From positions 4,424-68,423 of the forward strand of contig CAZUNI010000008.1 of the NCBI GenBank assembly GCA_964622265.1: 64,000 nt of DNA. The letters run 5' to 3'. Shown piece by piece: positions 20,140 to 28,733 of the stretch (the first letter of the stretch is position 1; each line of letters starts with the position of its first letter). Below the pieces are notes generated by a model, which saw nothing but the letters and a program-made list of their open reading frames with translations, ran no database searches and had not been told where the DNA came from. A program made the translations under genes and the position numbers. Origin of the DNA: an uncultured Acidobacteriaceae bacterium. GTDB taxonomy: Bacteria > Acidobacteriota > Terriglobia > Acidiferrales > UBA7541.

Positions 20140-21014
20140 TGATTTGTGATGTGGCGAAGCAGTTGATGAATTAGGACAATCGAAAGGAAGGCGAGCCCAA
20201 AAAATGCCAAGCCAAGTAGGGTATGGAGCGCCCCCGAATCCACGCCTGACCCGTAATCAAAACTCAAAACACCTGTCGCGACCAAGCGCAGTCCGTTACT
20301 TAGAATCACAATAGGAATGGTCAAGGCAACCAGGAGGCAACGTTTCCATATGCTTCGCTCCATCCAGTATCCATAGGCGACCACCGCGGCCAGCAAGGAG
20401 AGCAATGAGCGGACCCCGCTACAGGCTTCGACCACTTCAAGAGTGACATTGGGAAGCATGAGCAGATTTCCGTGTCGCAAGGTATGCACACCCAGGATTA
20501 CCAGGCCGTGAGTTCCCAGTCGCGAAGCCCACAATTGCATGGGAAACGTCAGTTGGTAGTACACAAGTGCCGGGAGCGGAATCATGAAAATCAAGTATCC
20601 GATCGGAAAGGCGACCGACCGAAGCGTTGGCCCACCTGCCAGGAACACGATGATTCCGGAAATCAAAACGATGAGCGAAACTCGCGCGGTGAACAGCTCC
20701 GCTGCCAGCATTCCAAGAACTAGCAACGCAAGCGCCAACAACATGATCAATAGACCGTAATCGTTTGGCCGACTCGGCACTGTTTGCCACCGGGCGCGAT
20801 CACGCCAAAGAATGTAGGCCACAAATAACGGGACAAGCAGAGCGTGGCCATAGTTCGGGTCATTCCACCATTGCCGGGCCAGCGGCCAAAGCACCGGCGC
20901 GTACATAATCACCACTAAACTGCTTAACAGGGCCAAAGAGAATAGATTGCCCCTTCTTGGATAGTTCCACGATAGGCTTCCGTCTAGGGTACTGATTGTG
21001 GGTTCGGAGGGCAC
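20115..21014 (-). CDS. exosortase (XrtA-like by context)
   Basis: Polytopic membrane protein with WWNDPNYGHALLVP N-terminal motif, catalytic-type VVEACSGVRSLLSLL and NGLRL motifs. Confidence 0.85.
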   Translation of the reverse strand: MPSEPTISTLDGSLSWNYPRRGNLFSLALLSSLVVIMYAPVLWPLARQWWNDPNYGHALLVPLFVAYILWRDRARWQTVPSRPNDYGLLIMLLALALLVLGMLAAELFTARVSLIVLISGIIVFLAGGPTLRSVAFPIGYLIFMIPLPALVYYQLTFPMQLWASRLGTHGLVILGVHTLRHGNLLMLPNVTLEVVEACSGVRSLLSLLAAVVAYGYWMERSIWKRCLLVALTIPIVILSNGLRLVATGVLSFDYGSGVDSGALHTLLGLAFFGLAFLSIVLIHQLLRHITNQWDSTLVY

Positions 21015-21021
21015 TGATTTG

Positions 21022-21924
21022 TCACATCAAGCTCTGGGCTTGACTCCCAAGTGGCGGACTAACGGAGCTGTAATATTGGTGATCGTAATGCCCTTGATCA
21101 GAGTCCGTTTCGTCGTTCAAGACGACGCCGATCAGTTTGGGATGATCGAGCGCTTGCAGACCCTTTTTGAGGGCATCGATGGGCGTTATACCCTGTCGGA
21201 CAACCAGGAGTGTCCCATCCACTATTTTCGACCACAGGTTGACGTCAACGATCGGTAGCATCGGAGTCGAATCCACTACAATCCACTCAAACTGGCTGAC
21301 CAATCTTGCAAAGGCGTTTGCAAATCGCTCCGAACGTATGATGTCTGAGGATCGATCACAAGGCTTCCCGGCGGAGAGAAACCAGAGTGGAATGTCATTG
21401 AATCTGTGGACGAATGGCGCGAGATCATGGCTCCCACTGGACCACCAGTGACCCAGTCCCCGCAATTCCGTCAGGCCGAGTTGTGTTGCCAAGGTGGGCG
21501 TGTGTAGGTCTCCTTCGATCAGGAGAGTTTTGCAGGCGGAATACTTGGCGAACGTAACCGCCACATTTCCGGCCACCAGAGTCTTTCCCTCGTCGATCGT
21601 GCCACTGGTAACCTGGAAGGATTTCAGCTCGCGCTGTTTGCGCATGTCATCCAACCGCGCAACGAGAGCGCGAAACTTCTCGGCGCCTAAACTGTTGGGA
21701 TATGTCAATGCCACCAAGCGCAGCTCGGGCGAGGTCTTCAGGACAAGAGAACACGCTTCTACGGCAGGCGAAACGTCGATTGGCCTCGACGCTATTTGAA
21801 TGGGCATGGGCGCAGCCGCGTCCACCGTAGATATCACCGGCGGAACAACGTTTGGTGTCGGAGCTCCCGTCGGAAGGTAGCGCCCCATCTCCAGACTGCT
21901 CAATGCTTCAAATAGGCGGCTCAT
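21022..21924 (-). CDS. BY-kinase-type tyrosine autokinase/ATPase (CpsD/EpsG-like)
   Basis: Walker A SGTIDEGKT, Walker A' LLIEGDLHTP, Walker B WIVVDSTP, and a C-terminal Tyr-rich tail HYDHQYYSS. Confidence 0.75.
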   Translation of the reverse strand: MSRLFEALSSLEMGRYLPTGAPTPNVVPPVISTVDAAAPMPIQIASRPIDVSPAVEACSLVLKTSPELRLVALTYPNSLGAEKFRALVARLDDMRKQRELKSFQVTSGTIDEGKTLVAGNVAVTFAKYSACKTLLIEGDLHTPTLATQLGLTELRGLGHWWSSGSHDLAPFVHRFNDIPLWFLSAGKPCDRSSDIIRSERFANAFARLVSQFEWIVVDSTPMLPIVDVNLWSKIVDGTLLVVRQGITPIDALKKGLQALDHPKLIGVVLNDETDSDQGHYDHQYYSSVSPPLGSQAQSLM

Positions 21925-22009
21925 ATCGTTTCCGTTATTGCCCCCACGATGAATTCAATGTTGCGTGTTGTGGATCGTGGTTCTATCCGATGTTTAACAA
22001 ATACGATTC

Positions 22010-23626
22010 TCAACGTTTGTGGAAGGCGTAAAGGTTGCCAATCGCAATCAAAGTGACGATGATCGTTGCTGCGCCAAACTCCAGCCACAGGTTCTTCTTG
22101 CGAGCAATATCTTCAGTTTGGGTACTTAAGTGGGGAATTCCCACCAGAACGCGGACTGGAACTAACCTTTCGACGTCTATTATGCCTCGCACCCGTACGT
22201 CCTTGAATTCAAGCAGAGCAGCTAGTCCTAATCCGAGGGCAATCCCCAAGGCCAAGCCAGCGAGACTGATCTTAAAGTGATTTGGGGCCGACGGCTTATT
22301 CGGCAAACTTGGCGGATCGACAATACGAAACTGCTCGCCCTTCTGCCTCTGTTCCAAGCTCGTAGCAAGCTGTGACTGCATTTGCTTTTGCAAAAGCGAA
22401 TCGTAATTGGATTTGGATTCTTCATACCCGCGGGAAATACTCGTCAGCTCCTGTTCGGTTTCGGGAGTCATGTTCAAGCGGGTTCGATAGGAGGAAATCT
22501 GTGACGACAGCTCGCTTTCCTGCTGCTGATAATTGCTAATCTCCAGTTGATTTGCCTTCAGCTGGCTTTCGAGTTGAATCATCGAAGTGGACGAACCTTG
22601 TGGCAACCCTTCAGAGGCGGCCAAATCGGAAGCATTTGCTGTTTTACCGGCACTTAGTTTCTCTACTTTCGCGATCTTGTCCTTCAGCGCGACGACGTCT
22701 GGATGGACATCAGTATAATGTGACTGTAAATCCTGGAGTCGGAGGCGGAGGTCCATCAGCTCTTTCTCAAACGTTCTATTTGGCGACATGGTTGAACTTG
22801 CGGTTTCGCTGGCAGATGCAATTCCTCCATTGTCGCTATCTGAACTTGTTCGCACGGATCGGTACTGTTGCAGCAATGACTCCAGGTAGAGCTTTTGTTG
22901 CCTCGCGGAGTCCAAGGCCTGATGAGTGTTCTGCAGCTGAGATTGAATGCCTGCAAGGATTTGGACGTTGCTCTCCAGTTGGCTGGGCAAATCTCCGAGG
23001 TGTCTGGTTTTAAATGCAGCAACCTTGGCTTCTTGCTCTTCCATCTTGGTTCGTGCCTCGACTAACTGGTTTTCAAGAAAAGATGTCGTGTCTTCGGATA
23101 ATTGCTGCTGTGCTCGCACATTTTCGTTGACGAAGAGCGAGGTCAATTCGGTGTTTACCTCCTGGGCAAGCTCGGGTGATCCGGCAGAGTAGCGGATCTT
23201 AAAAGCCGTAAATTCCTCCGGGTGGCTTGGGGCCCTCACAAGATCAATGGCAATGTCGTTGCGCATTGATTCGACTGGATCTCCTGTCTTGAGCATGTCG
23301 CCTAGACCGTCACGCCGGGGATAAAGATGGAGATGATCGATTGTTGCTTGAAGACGAGTACGGCTTAAAATTTGTTGAGATATGCTCTGCAAACGGTCTT
23401 GGAGGCTAGCACCGACGTTGGGCACGACGTACTGGTCGGGAACCTTCTGCTGCTCCACCAGGATTAGCGCCTCGGATTGATAAGAGGACGGCAATAGCCA
23501 GCTCACTCCCCACACCGCAGCCCATGCCAGAAATATGGGAAGCAATATCCACCACCGCCGACGAAGGGCAATGCGCCAGTAGTCCGCCCATCCGGAAAAC
23601 TTTGGATCATCTAGTTCATCGGGCAT
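22010..23626 (-). CDS. polysaccharide chain-length determinant (Wzz/GumC-like, PEP-CTERM locus type)
   Basis: N-terminal TM (WWILLPIFLAWAAVWGVSWLL), a long coiled-coil periplasmic region and a C-terminal TM helix. Confidence 0.85.
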   Translation of the reverse strand: MPDELDDPKFSGWADYWRIALRRRWWILLPIFLAWAAVWGVSWLLPSSYQSEALILVEQQKVPDQYVVPNVGASLQDRLQSISQQILSRTRLQATIDHLHLYPRRDGLGDMLKTGDPVESMRNDIAIDLVRAPSHPEEFTAFKIRYSAGSPELAQEVNTELTSLFVNENVRAQQQLSEDTTSFLENQLVEARTKMEEQEAKVAAFKTRHLGDLPSQLESNVQILAGIQSQLQNTHQALDSARQQKLYLESLLQQYRSVRTSSDSDNGGIASASETASSTMSPNRTFEKELMDLRLRLQDLQSHYTDVHPDVVALKDKIAKVEKLSAGKTANASDLAASEGLPQGSSTSMIQLESQLKANQLEISNYQQQESELSSQISSYRTRLNMTPETEQELTSISRGYEESKSNYDSLLQKQMQSQLATSLEQRQKGEQFRIVDPPSLPNKPSAPNHFKISLAGLALGIALGLGLAALLEFKDVRVRGIIDVERLVPVRVLVGIPHLSTQTEDIARKKNLWLEFGAATIIVTLIAIGNLYAFHKR

Positions 23627-23739
23627 TCCAACCCCCGTTTTGTTCTACATTCAAGAGATAAGGAAACACATGAAACAATTCTTTGCGATTACCACGTCCC
23701 GATTCGAAATCGTAATCCGTTAAAGCTCTGCGAGACATT

Positions 23740-25044
23740 TCACTTGGATGCTCGGCTTAAGATCGGTGACACTGCTCCCGATTGCTGCGGGACAGCTGGA
23801 TTTTTCTCTTTGGCGGTCAATTCCAAGAGCTGGCTGAGCAAAGTATTGTTTGAATCGGCCGGTGTTGCTTGGGCCGGAGACGTTGGTGACAGCGTCGGGA
23901 GAAACGAATTGTTGTTGCCGCCCGCGAAAGTGTGTCTTGAGAATACTATCCGCTTTCCGATATTAAACTGCACCCCGGCCCAACCGAGAGCGAAAAGCAC
24001 AGCACAGACAACAGCAATCTTTGGTAACGAGCCGCGTGGGGCAGATTCTTTGACGGTGAGCACCGCTGAGCGAGGATCTTGTGATACCGGTATACTCACT
24101 GTATCGTTTGATTTCGGCGCGAGGGTTGTCTTCGCATCTTGGGGGCCGAGATTCAAATCGGCCAGGATATCGCTCATCATCTCCCGGTCGACAGTTTTCT
24201 GCTTCGTAGCCCATCCGAGTGACATCGCACAAAAGCACATATTGTTTATGTTCCGAGGGATACCTTCACTAAATTCCACAAGTAATGTGCGCGCACTGAC
24301 GCTGAACAGGGAAGAACCTGTGTACCCGGCTACCCATAGGCGATGATCGATATAAGCATTGACCTCTTTACTGGTCAGGGGTTCGATTCGAATCGATAAA
24401 GAAACTCTTTGGCGAAGTTGGGCCATCGAGGGTTTAGCCAATCTCTTGGCAAGTTGCGGCTGTCCCGTTAGCACGATCTGCGTAAGTTTTGTCCACGGCG
24501 TCTCGAAATTTGACAGCAGCCGGATGGATTCGAGGACCTTCTCATCCAAGTTCTGCGCTTCATCAATGATGAGAACGAAGCGCCGACCCGCGCGCATTTC
24601 CTCCATTAGAACGCGGTTCAGCATCGCGTGCATTTCCGGAAGTTCTTTGCCCGTACCATCCAGTCCAAGATCATCGAGCAGGTAATACATGAGCTCACGT
24701 GGGTTGCCCGGCGTTTGAAATATGAAAGCTGTGCGAGCACGGTTCCGCAATCCGTCAAGATATTGGAAAAGTAGCGACGTTTTTCCCATTCCTGGAGGCG
24801 CAATCAGCGTCAGGAAACCTCGATTCAATTCCGTGCCGTAGTTGAGGGCGGCAAGCGCTTGCGAGTGTTTGGGGCCGAGGTAAAGGAATCGCGGGTCAGG
24901 TGTTACCCCAAACGGCTGTTCGTTAAGTCCAAAGTATTCGAGGAATTGTTGCTCAACGGTATGTAGTTCCTGACCTCCGACGCGATGATGGGCCTTTGGA
25001 GTATCCTCAACAACCCGTGTAACGCGGATTTGCGGCTCACTCAT
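23740..25044 (-). CDS. ExeA-like AAA ATPase (PEP-CTERM locus secretion-ATPase type)
   Basis: PFGVTPDPRFLYLG, Walker A LIAPPGMGKTSL and Walker B VLIIDEAQNL, with a C-terminal TM segment. Confidence 0.8.
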   Translation of the reverse strand: MSEPQIRVTRVVEDTPKAHHRVGGQELHTVEQQFLEYFGLNEQPFGVTPDPRFLYLGPKHSQALAALNYGTELNRGFLTLIAPPGMGKTSLLFQYLDGLRNRARTAFIFQTPGNPRELMYYLLDDLGLDGTGKELPEMHAMLNRVLMEEMRAGRRFVLIIDEAQNLDEKVLESIRLLSNFETPWTKLTQIVLTGQPQLAKRLAKPSMAQLRQRVSLSIRIEPLTSKEVNAYIDHRLWVAGYTGSSLFSVSARTLLVEFSEGIPRNINNMCFCAMSLGWATKQKTVDREMMSDILADLNLGPQDAKTTLAPKSNDTVSIPVSQDPRSAVLTVKESAPRGSLPKIAVVCAVLFALGWAGVQFNIGKRIVFSRHTFAGGNNNSFLPTLSPTSPAQATPADSNNTLLSQLLELTAKEKNPAVPQQSGAVSPILSRASK

Positions 25045-25194
25045 AACACTTTACCTTGACAGCTATGGGCTGAAGCAACCAGCATGAATCCAATTATGGA
25101 TCGCAAAGGTTTTACGATTCGCATATTCTGATATGTGTCCCTCAAAATCTTGGGTTTCTGAGGCCGAGGATGACTGACCATAGGAGAGAAATAA

Positions 25195-25755
25195 CTAAAG
25201 TAATTCAATGTCGTAACCTTCGACTCGGATCGAGACGGTCCGAGAAAGCAGCTCCACCGATACGAGAAGGCTTTGGTCATCACCTTGCAGCATAAATATT
25301 CCTTCGACGCCATCAAGAGCCCCACCGCGAATCCGAACGCGCTTTCCGGCACTGATGAAGCAATGCGGGAAGCACGGGACGTTCTCGTTGATCACTTTTC
25401 TGAGACTCTCGATCTGTTCATCAGGAATAGCGGTACCTCGTCTTTCGTTTCCCACGAAACCCAGCACGCCTGGCGTCCGCAGCACTTTTAAGCGCTCGTC
25501 TGAGGACTGAACCATGCGCACGAATGCATAGCAACTAAACATTGGGATTTCGACAATGCTCCTTCGGTCACTCCACCGGTGAATTTGGTGGAGGAGGGGG
25601 AGGAAAGTGCGGACGCGCTTTTCTTCAAATTGTGCAGCCACGCGTTTTTCATGCCGCGCCATAGTGTGAACCGCGTACCAATTCGGTTCTTCGGAAGAAA
25701 AACCCGCATTGAGAACTGGCGGTGTGGATTCGAGATGTCTCTGAAAACTAGCCAC
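25195..25755 (-). CDS. NusG-paralog transcription antiterminator (UpxY/RfaH-like)
   Basis: NGN-domain start WYAVHTMARHEKRVAAQF and KOW-like GKRVRIRGGALDGVEGIF. It is the first gene of the long minus-strand EPS gene array. Confidence 0.8.
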   Translation of the reverse strand: MASFQRHLESTPPVLNAGFSSEEPNWYAVHTMARHEKRVAAQFEEKRVRTFLPLLHQIHRWSDRRSIVEIPMFSCYAFVRMVQSSDERLKVLRTPGVLGFVGNERRGTAIPDEQIESLRKVINENVPCFPHCFISAGKRVRIRGGALDGVEGIFMLQGDDQSLLVSVELLSRTVSIRVEGYDIELL

Positions 25756-25969
25756 AGCTTCGCCCTCTCAGTCCCATATCTGTATTTGAAAAACATCGAC
25801 CAACTTTCATTCTCGTTTGCAATTTCAACCGAATTCGTCAACCACTAAATCAGAAAAGGCGCTAGGCATGATGATTCAATTTGGCACCAACATCGAATTT
25901 CATATAAATTCTTTACGGGACGTCGGAGCATCCTCATGCATTCTTTTGTACGGTCGGCGTGGATTCTCG

Positions 25970-26359
25970 CTATTCCTTCGACCCACCAAGTCCAAATTCA
26001 TTCCATGAATGTTGCTCGTCAATCACATGACCCTCCGCGTCGCGAAGCGTAACCGTATGGTTCATAGTTGCGAAGCCTGCCGCATGAGACCCCGAGTCGC
26101 CTTGATCAACGCGTACGACCCTGCCCTCGGCATGAAGTTCTGCCGGACGCTTGGTAGGTGCGAGGTGTGGCAGAAGAACACTTATCACTACAGATGAACC
26201 TATGGGTGGAATGAGATCCGCATGCACGAAAATACCTCGTCCATTAAGGTCGCGACTCCGTCCTTCGCTTCCCTGAACCAGACCACCCACATCCTTCCAC
26301 GAAAATGTGACGACAAGCTGCAATGGATACCGTGTTGCCCCTCGTCGCTCCATAAGCAA
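25970..26359 (-). CDS. PilZ domain protein (putative c-di-GMP receptor)
   Basis: RRGATR (RxxxR) near the N-terminus and a DLNGRGIFV (D/NxSxxG-like) motif. The protein is 129 aa. Confidence 0.6.
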   Translation of the reverse strand: MLMERRGATRYPLQLVVTFSWKDVGGLVQGSEGRSRDLNGRGIFVHADLIPPIGSSVVISVLLPHLAPTKRPAELHAEGRVVRVDQGDSGSHAAGFATMNHTVTLRDAEGHVIDEQHSWNEFGLGGSKE

Positions 26360-26873
26360 TGTCCTTCAGTCTCGGAGTTGAAGCACGACACGTCTTCTCT
26401 CCCCGTCTCATATTTGCAAAGGAACTACACTGCTCAATTAATTAGCACTCAAACTACACCAGAGAGGAACGCTGTAAAGAGGCGGATAGTAGGGGATTGT
26501 GATGGGACTTTAGTCTTTGCTCACACCGATCCGCAACAGGTTGGAAGCATGAAGCCAAGCTACTCCGAAGTCTAAAGAAAGAAGTCTCTGGCCCAAAACC
26601 TAAGACCTATATAAGAGACGAGTTGAAAGGTTGGGGTCAGTTGTTTTTTTGATCCTCGCGCGGCGCGAAAATGACGATTTGGAAAGCTCGAATATCGATG
26701 CCAAAAGAATATTATTTGATATACTATACTGAATTGCTATGGTGTCACTCGTGCGACTTATTGACCTTGGGAGGTTGAGTTTTTCAGCTGGATGTCACAG
26801 AAGAAAAGCGGTTCGTCGACCAAGGCTGCTACTGATTGTCAGGCGAGATTGTACCGATCAGGTAGAAAGATCC

Positions 26874-27620
26874 TCAAAAACTAGCCGTGGCCATCTGCCT
26901 TCCTGCGGAAATCGCCTTTCGAACTAGTAACTCCTTTTTCGTTGCCAACTCCTCGCGAGCACTTTCCTCCTGATGTAGACAGGAGAGAACAAGTTCCACT
27001 CGGTTGGAAACACCCAGCTTGTCAAAGACCCTAAACAGATAGTTCTTCACCGTGTGCTCGGTTAGTGCCAATTGTAGGGCAATCTCTCGATTGGAAAGAC
27101 CTTCGATAGCCAGGCGAACCACTGCTGCCTCACGCACCGTAACACGGCTTTCCACCGCCGGATCGAGCTTTTGGAGCCTTGGAGATTTGACAAAAGCACT
27201 CAAAACATAATGCAGCTCTTCAGCGTTCGCCCAAATTTGCCCTTGAGAGACTACTTCCACCGATTTGCAGAGCAGGTCAAACGGACCGTTTCGGCTAAAC
27301 ACCCCAACCGCCCCCAGCTTGAACGCGTCGATTACCAGATCCTTATTCGGAGATGGCATCACCACAATGGTCTTCGATTCTTGGTGCTTTCTTCGGATCT
27401 CCGGCAATATCCGGAGGCCGCTCAGGGGTCCGTCTTGGAGGTCCGAACTGAGGACGACGACTTGTGGTAGATCTTGTTCAAGTGCATTCAAGACCTCAGC
27501 GGTACTTGATGCAAAAGCCACGACCCGGAACCGCTGCCGGACAGAGTAAAACGCCTTGCGCAGAAGGTCGCAGTGCATTCTTGTTGAGTCCGAAATGAGT
27601 ACCGAAGTGTGCGAACGCAT
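26874..27620 (-). CDS. LuxR/FixJ-family response regulator (receiver + HTH)
   Basis: Receiver-like N-terminal half (VVVLSSDLQDG). C-terminal LuxR HTH REAAVVRLAIEGLSNREIALQLALTEHTVKNYLFRVFDKLGVSNRVEL. Confidence 0.8.
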   Translation of the reverse strand: MRSHTSVLISDSTRMHCDLLRKAFYSVRQRFRVVAFASSTAEVLNALEQDLPQVVVLSSDLQDGPLSGLRILPEIRRKHQESKTIVVMPSPNKDLVIDAFKLGAVGVFSRNGPFDLLCKSVEVVSQGQIWANAEELHYVLSAFVKSPRLQKLDPAVESRVTVREAAVVRLAIEGLSNREIALQLALTEHTVKNYLFRVFDKLGVSNRVELVLSCLHQEESAREELATKKELLVRKAISAGRQMATASF

Positions 27621-28109
27621 ATTCTTGCCCCCTCAGTGAATACTTAATACAACCGCAAGACTTAGCGGAGCCGGTCACGATTTTCTCTGACGAGATTTGC
27701 GTTCAATATCTAAATCTAACAAATACTTGACTGCCCGTGATCTAGTGGAGTGTCAATGAGGGAAATACCTATCATAAATATCTGTTCCTCCATCCAACAG
27801 TTAAACCTAAAGTGATTTCCTATTCCCAAGATATTGTAGCAATTCGGGGCTATATCAATTCTGTTCAATAATGCACACACAAAGCTGAATTGCATGCGGC
27901 GTGCAGAGTCAATCCGAACTAAGGGAGTAATTTGGAAGTTCATCCCAATGGCGATTCCGGCAAACAGCGCGCCGCAGGCAGGGAAGTGAAGGCCAGGGAA
28001 ACCAGGACGAAAGCTACTCTTTCGAGTGAGAAAGATTTGGGACAGAAGTCCAGTTACTCAATTTCCCGTTAAGTCGCACAGAATCACTGGGCAGTGAATT
28101 TTAGAACGT

Positions 28110-28155
28110 TCTCATAACCCGAAGGTCGTTGGTTCAAATCCAACCCCCCCAACCA
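28110..28155 (+). repeat. tRNA-Met 3' half relic (anticodon loop CTCATAA through T-arm GGTTCAAATCC and ACCA end), copy A
   Basis: tctcataacccgaaggtcgttggttcaaatccaacccccccaacca. There is no complementary 5' acceptor or anticodon-stem strand upstream, so it is not an intact tRNA. It matches copy B at 45 of 46 positions. Confidence 0.85.
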
Positions 28156-28176
28156 GCTATCATATTTGTTTTTCAA

Positions 28177-28208
28177 GGGCTTGCTCGAAGTGAGCAGGCC
28201 CATTTTTT
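28177..28208 (+). terminator. Rho-independent terminator-like hairpin downstream of tRNA relic A
   Basis: gggcttgctc-gaagt-gagcaggccc followed by a T6 run. A homologous hairpin occurs at 54875-54903. Confidence 0.7.
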
Positions 28209-28733
28209 AGGTTTTTATTGCCAGCGGTTTTCACTCCCGTTCCAAAGTCTAAGACAGCGACGTCCCACAATTCGGGGACGTTTCTTTCGCTCGATAAAGG
28301 CGCACAGTAAGGCCATTTGGTACGACTTCGCCGTCTAAAAATCCACAATCGAAAAATTTCAGCCTTGCGGAAAGCGGAAACCGGCCGAAAAGGATTGACG
28401 AATTCACTTCGCTTGCGGTCGACGAAGAATTCTTCAACCTGATTTCTGGTCTAAAGGCCTTTACAGGAAAGGGGCGCCAATCGCAAGAAGCCGCTCTAGT
28501 CCCCCTTGTCGGGTGAAGTACGATGGCCACTTGAATTGGGTCTATATGGAGAGTTTTGGAAAAGATGGTTCGCGAATCGAGTATCATAGAGCTCTCTTGA
28601 TGCTGAAATTAGTTCGAATCTTCCGATGGATTGTCTGCCCTTTGTCTCGGGTGGCTTTAGGTCTGCCACACGAGATGGATGTTCAAGGTATTCTACGGCT
28701 GGGGAGTTTCACCCTGGAGCGGTCCAGGAGACG
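28209..28733 (+). promoter_or_regulatory. long non-coding leader upstream of mgtA-like gene (possible cation-sensing leader)
   Basis: About 520 nt without a convincing ORF precede the SD-supported ATG at 28734. The function is unverified. Confidence 0.25.

Noticed and set aside
23744-24346. 200-aa plus-strand ORF
   Set aside because: It is antisense to the ExeA-like ATPase gene, so it is a shadow ORF.
25041-25352. 103-aa minus-strand ORF between the NusG-like gene and the ATPase gene
   Set aside because: It overlaps the 3' end of the NusG-like gene in another frame, so most of it would be double-coding. It has no motifs.
28079-28155. An intact tRNA-Met gene ending at the ACCA at 28155
   Set aside because: The 3' acceptor strand cccccca would need tgggggg about 70 nt upstream, and the anticodon stem cccga would need tcggg just before CTCATAA. 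The upstream sequence (cactgggcagtgaattttagaacgt) provides neither, so only the 3' 46 nt are tRNA-like.
28249-28587. 112-aa minus-strand ORF in the mgtA leader
   Set aside because: It has no motifs, lies antisense to the expected leader transcript and has a low-complexity composition.
28400-28733. An M-box (ykoK) Mg2+ riboswitch call
   Set aside because: I saw only a loose resemblance (tgccacacgag...ctacgg) and could not find the conserved GGUGAGGC-type 5' element. A covariance-model search is needed, so I report it only as an open question.
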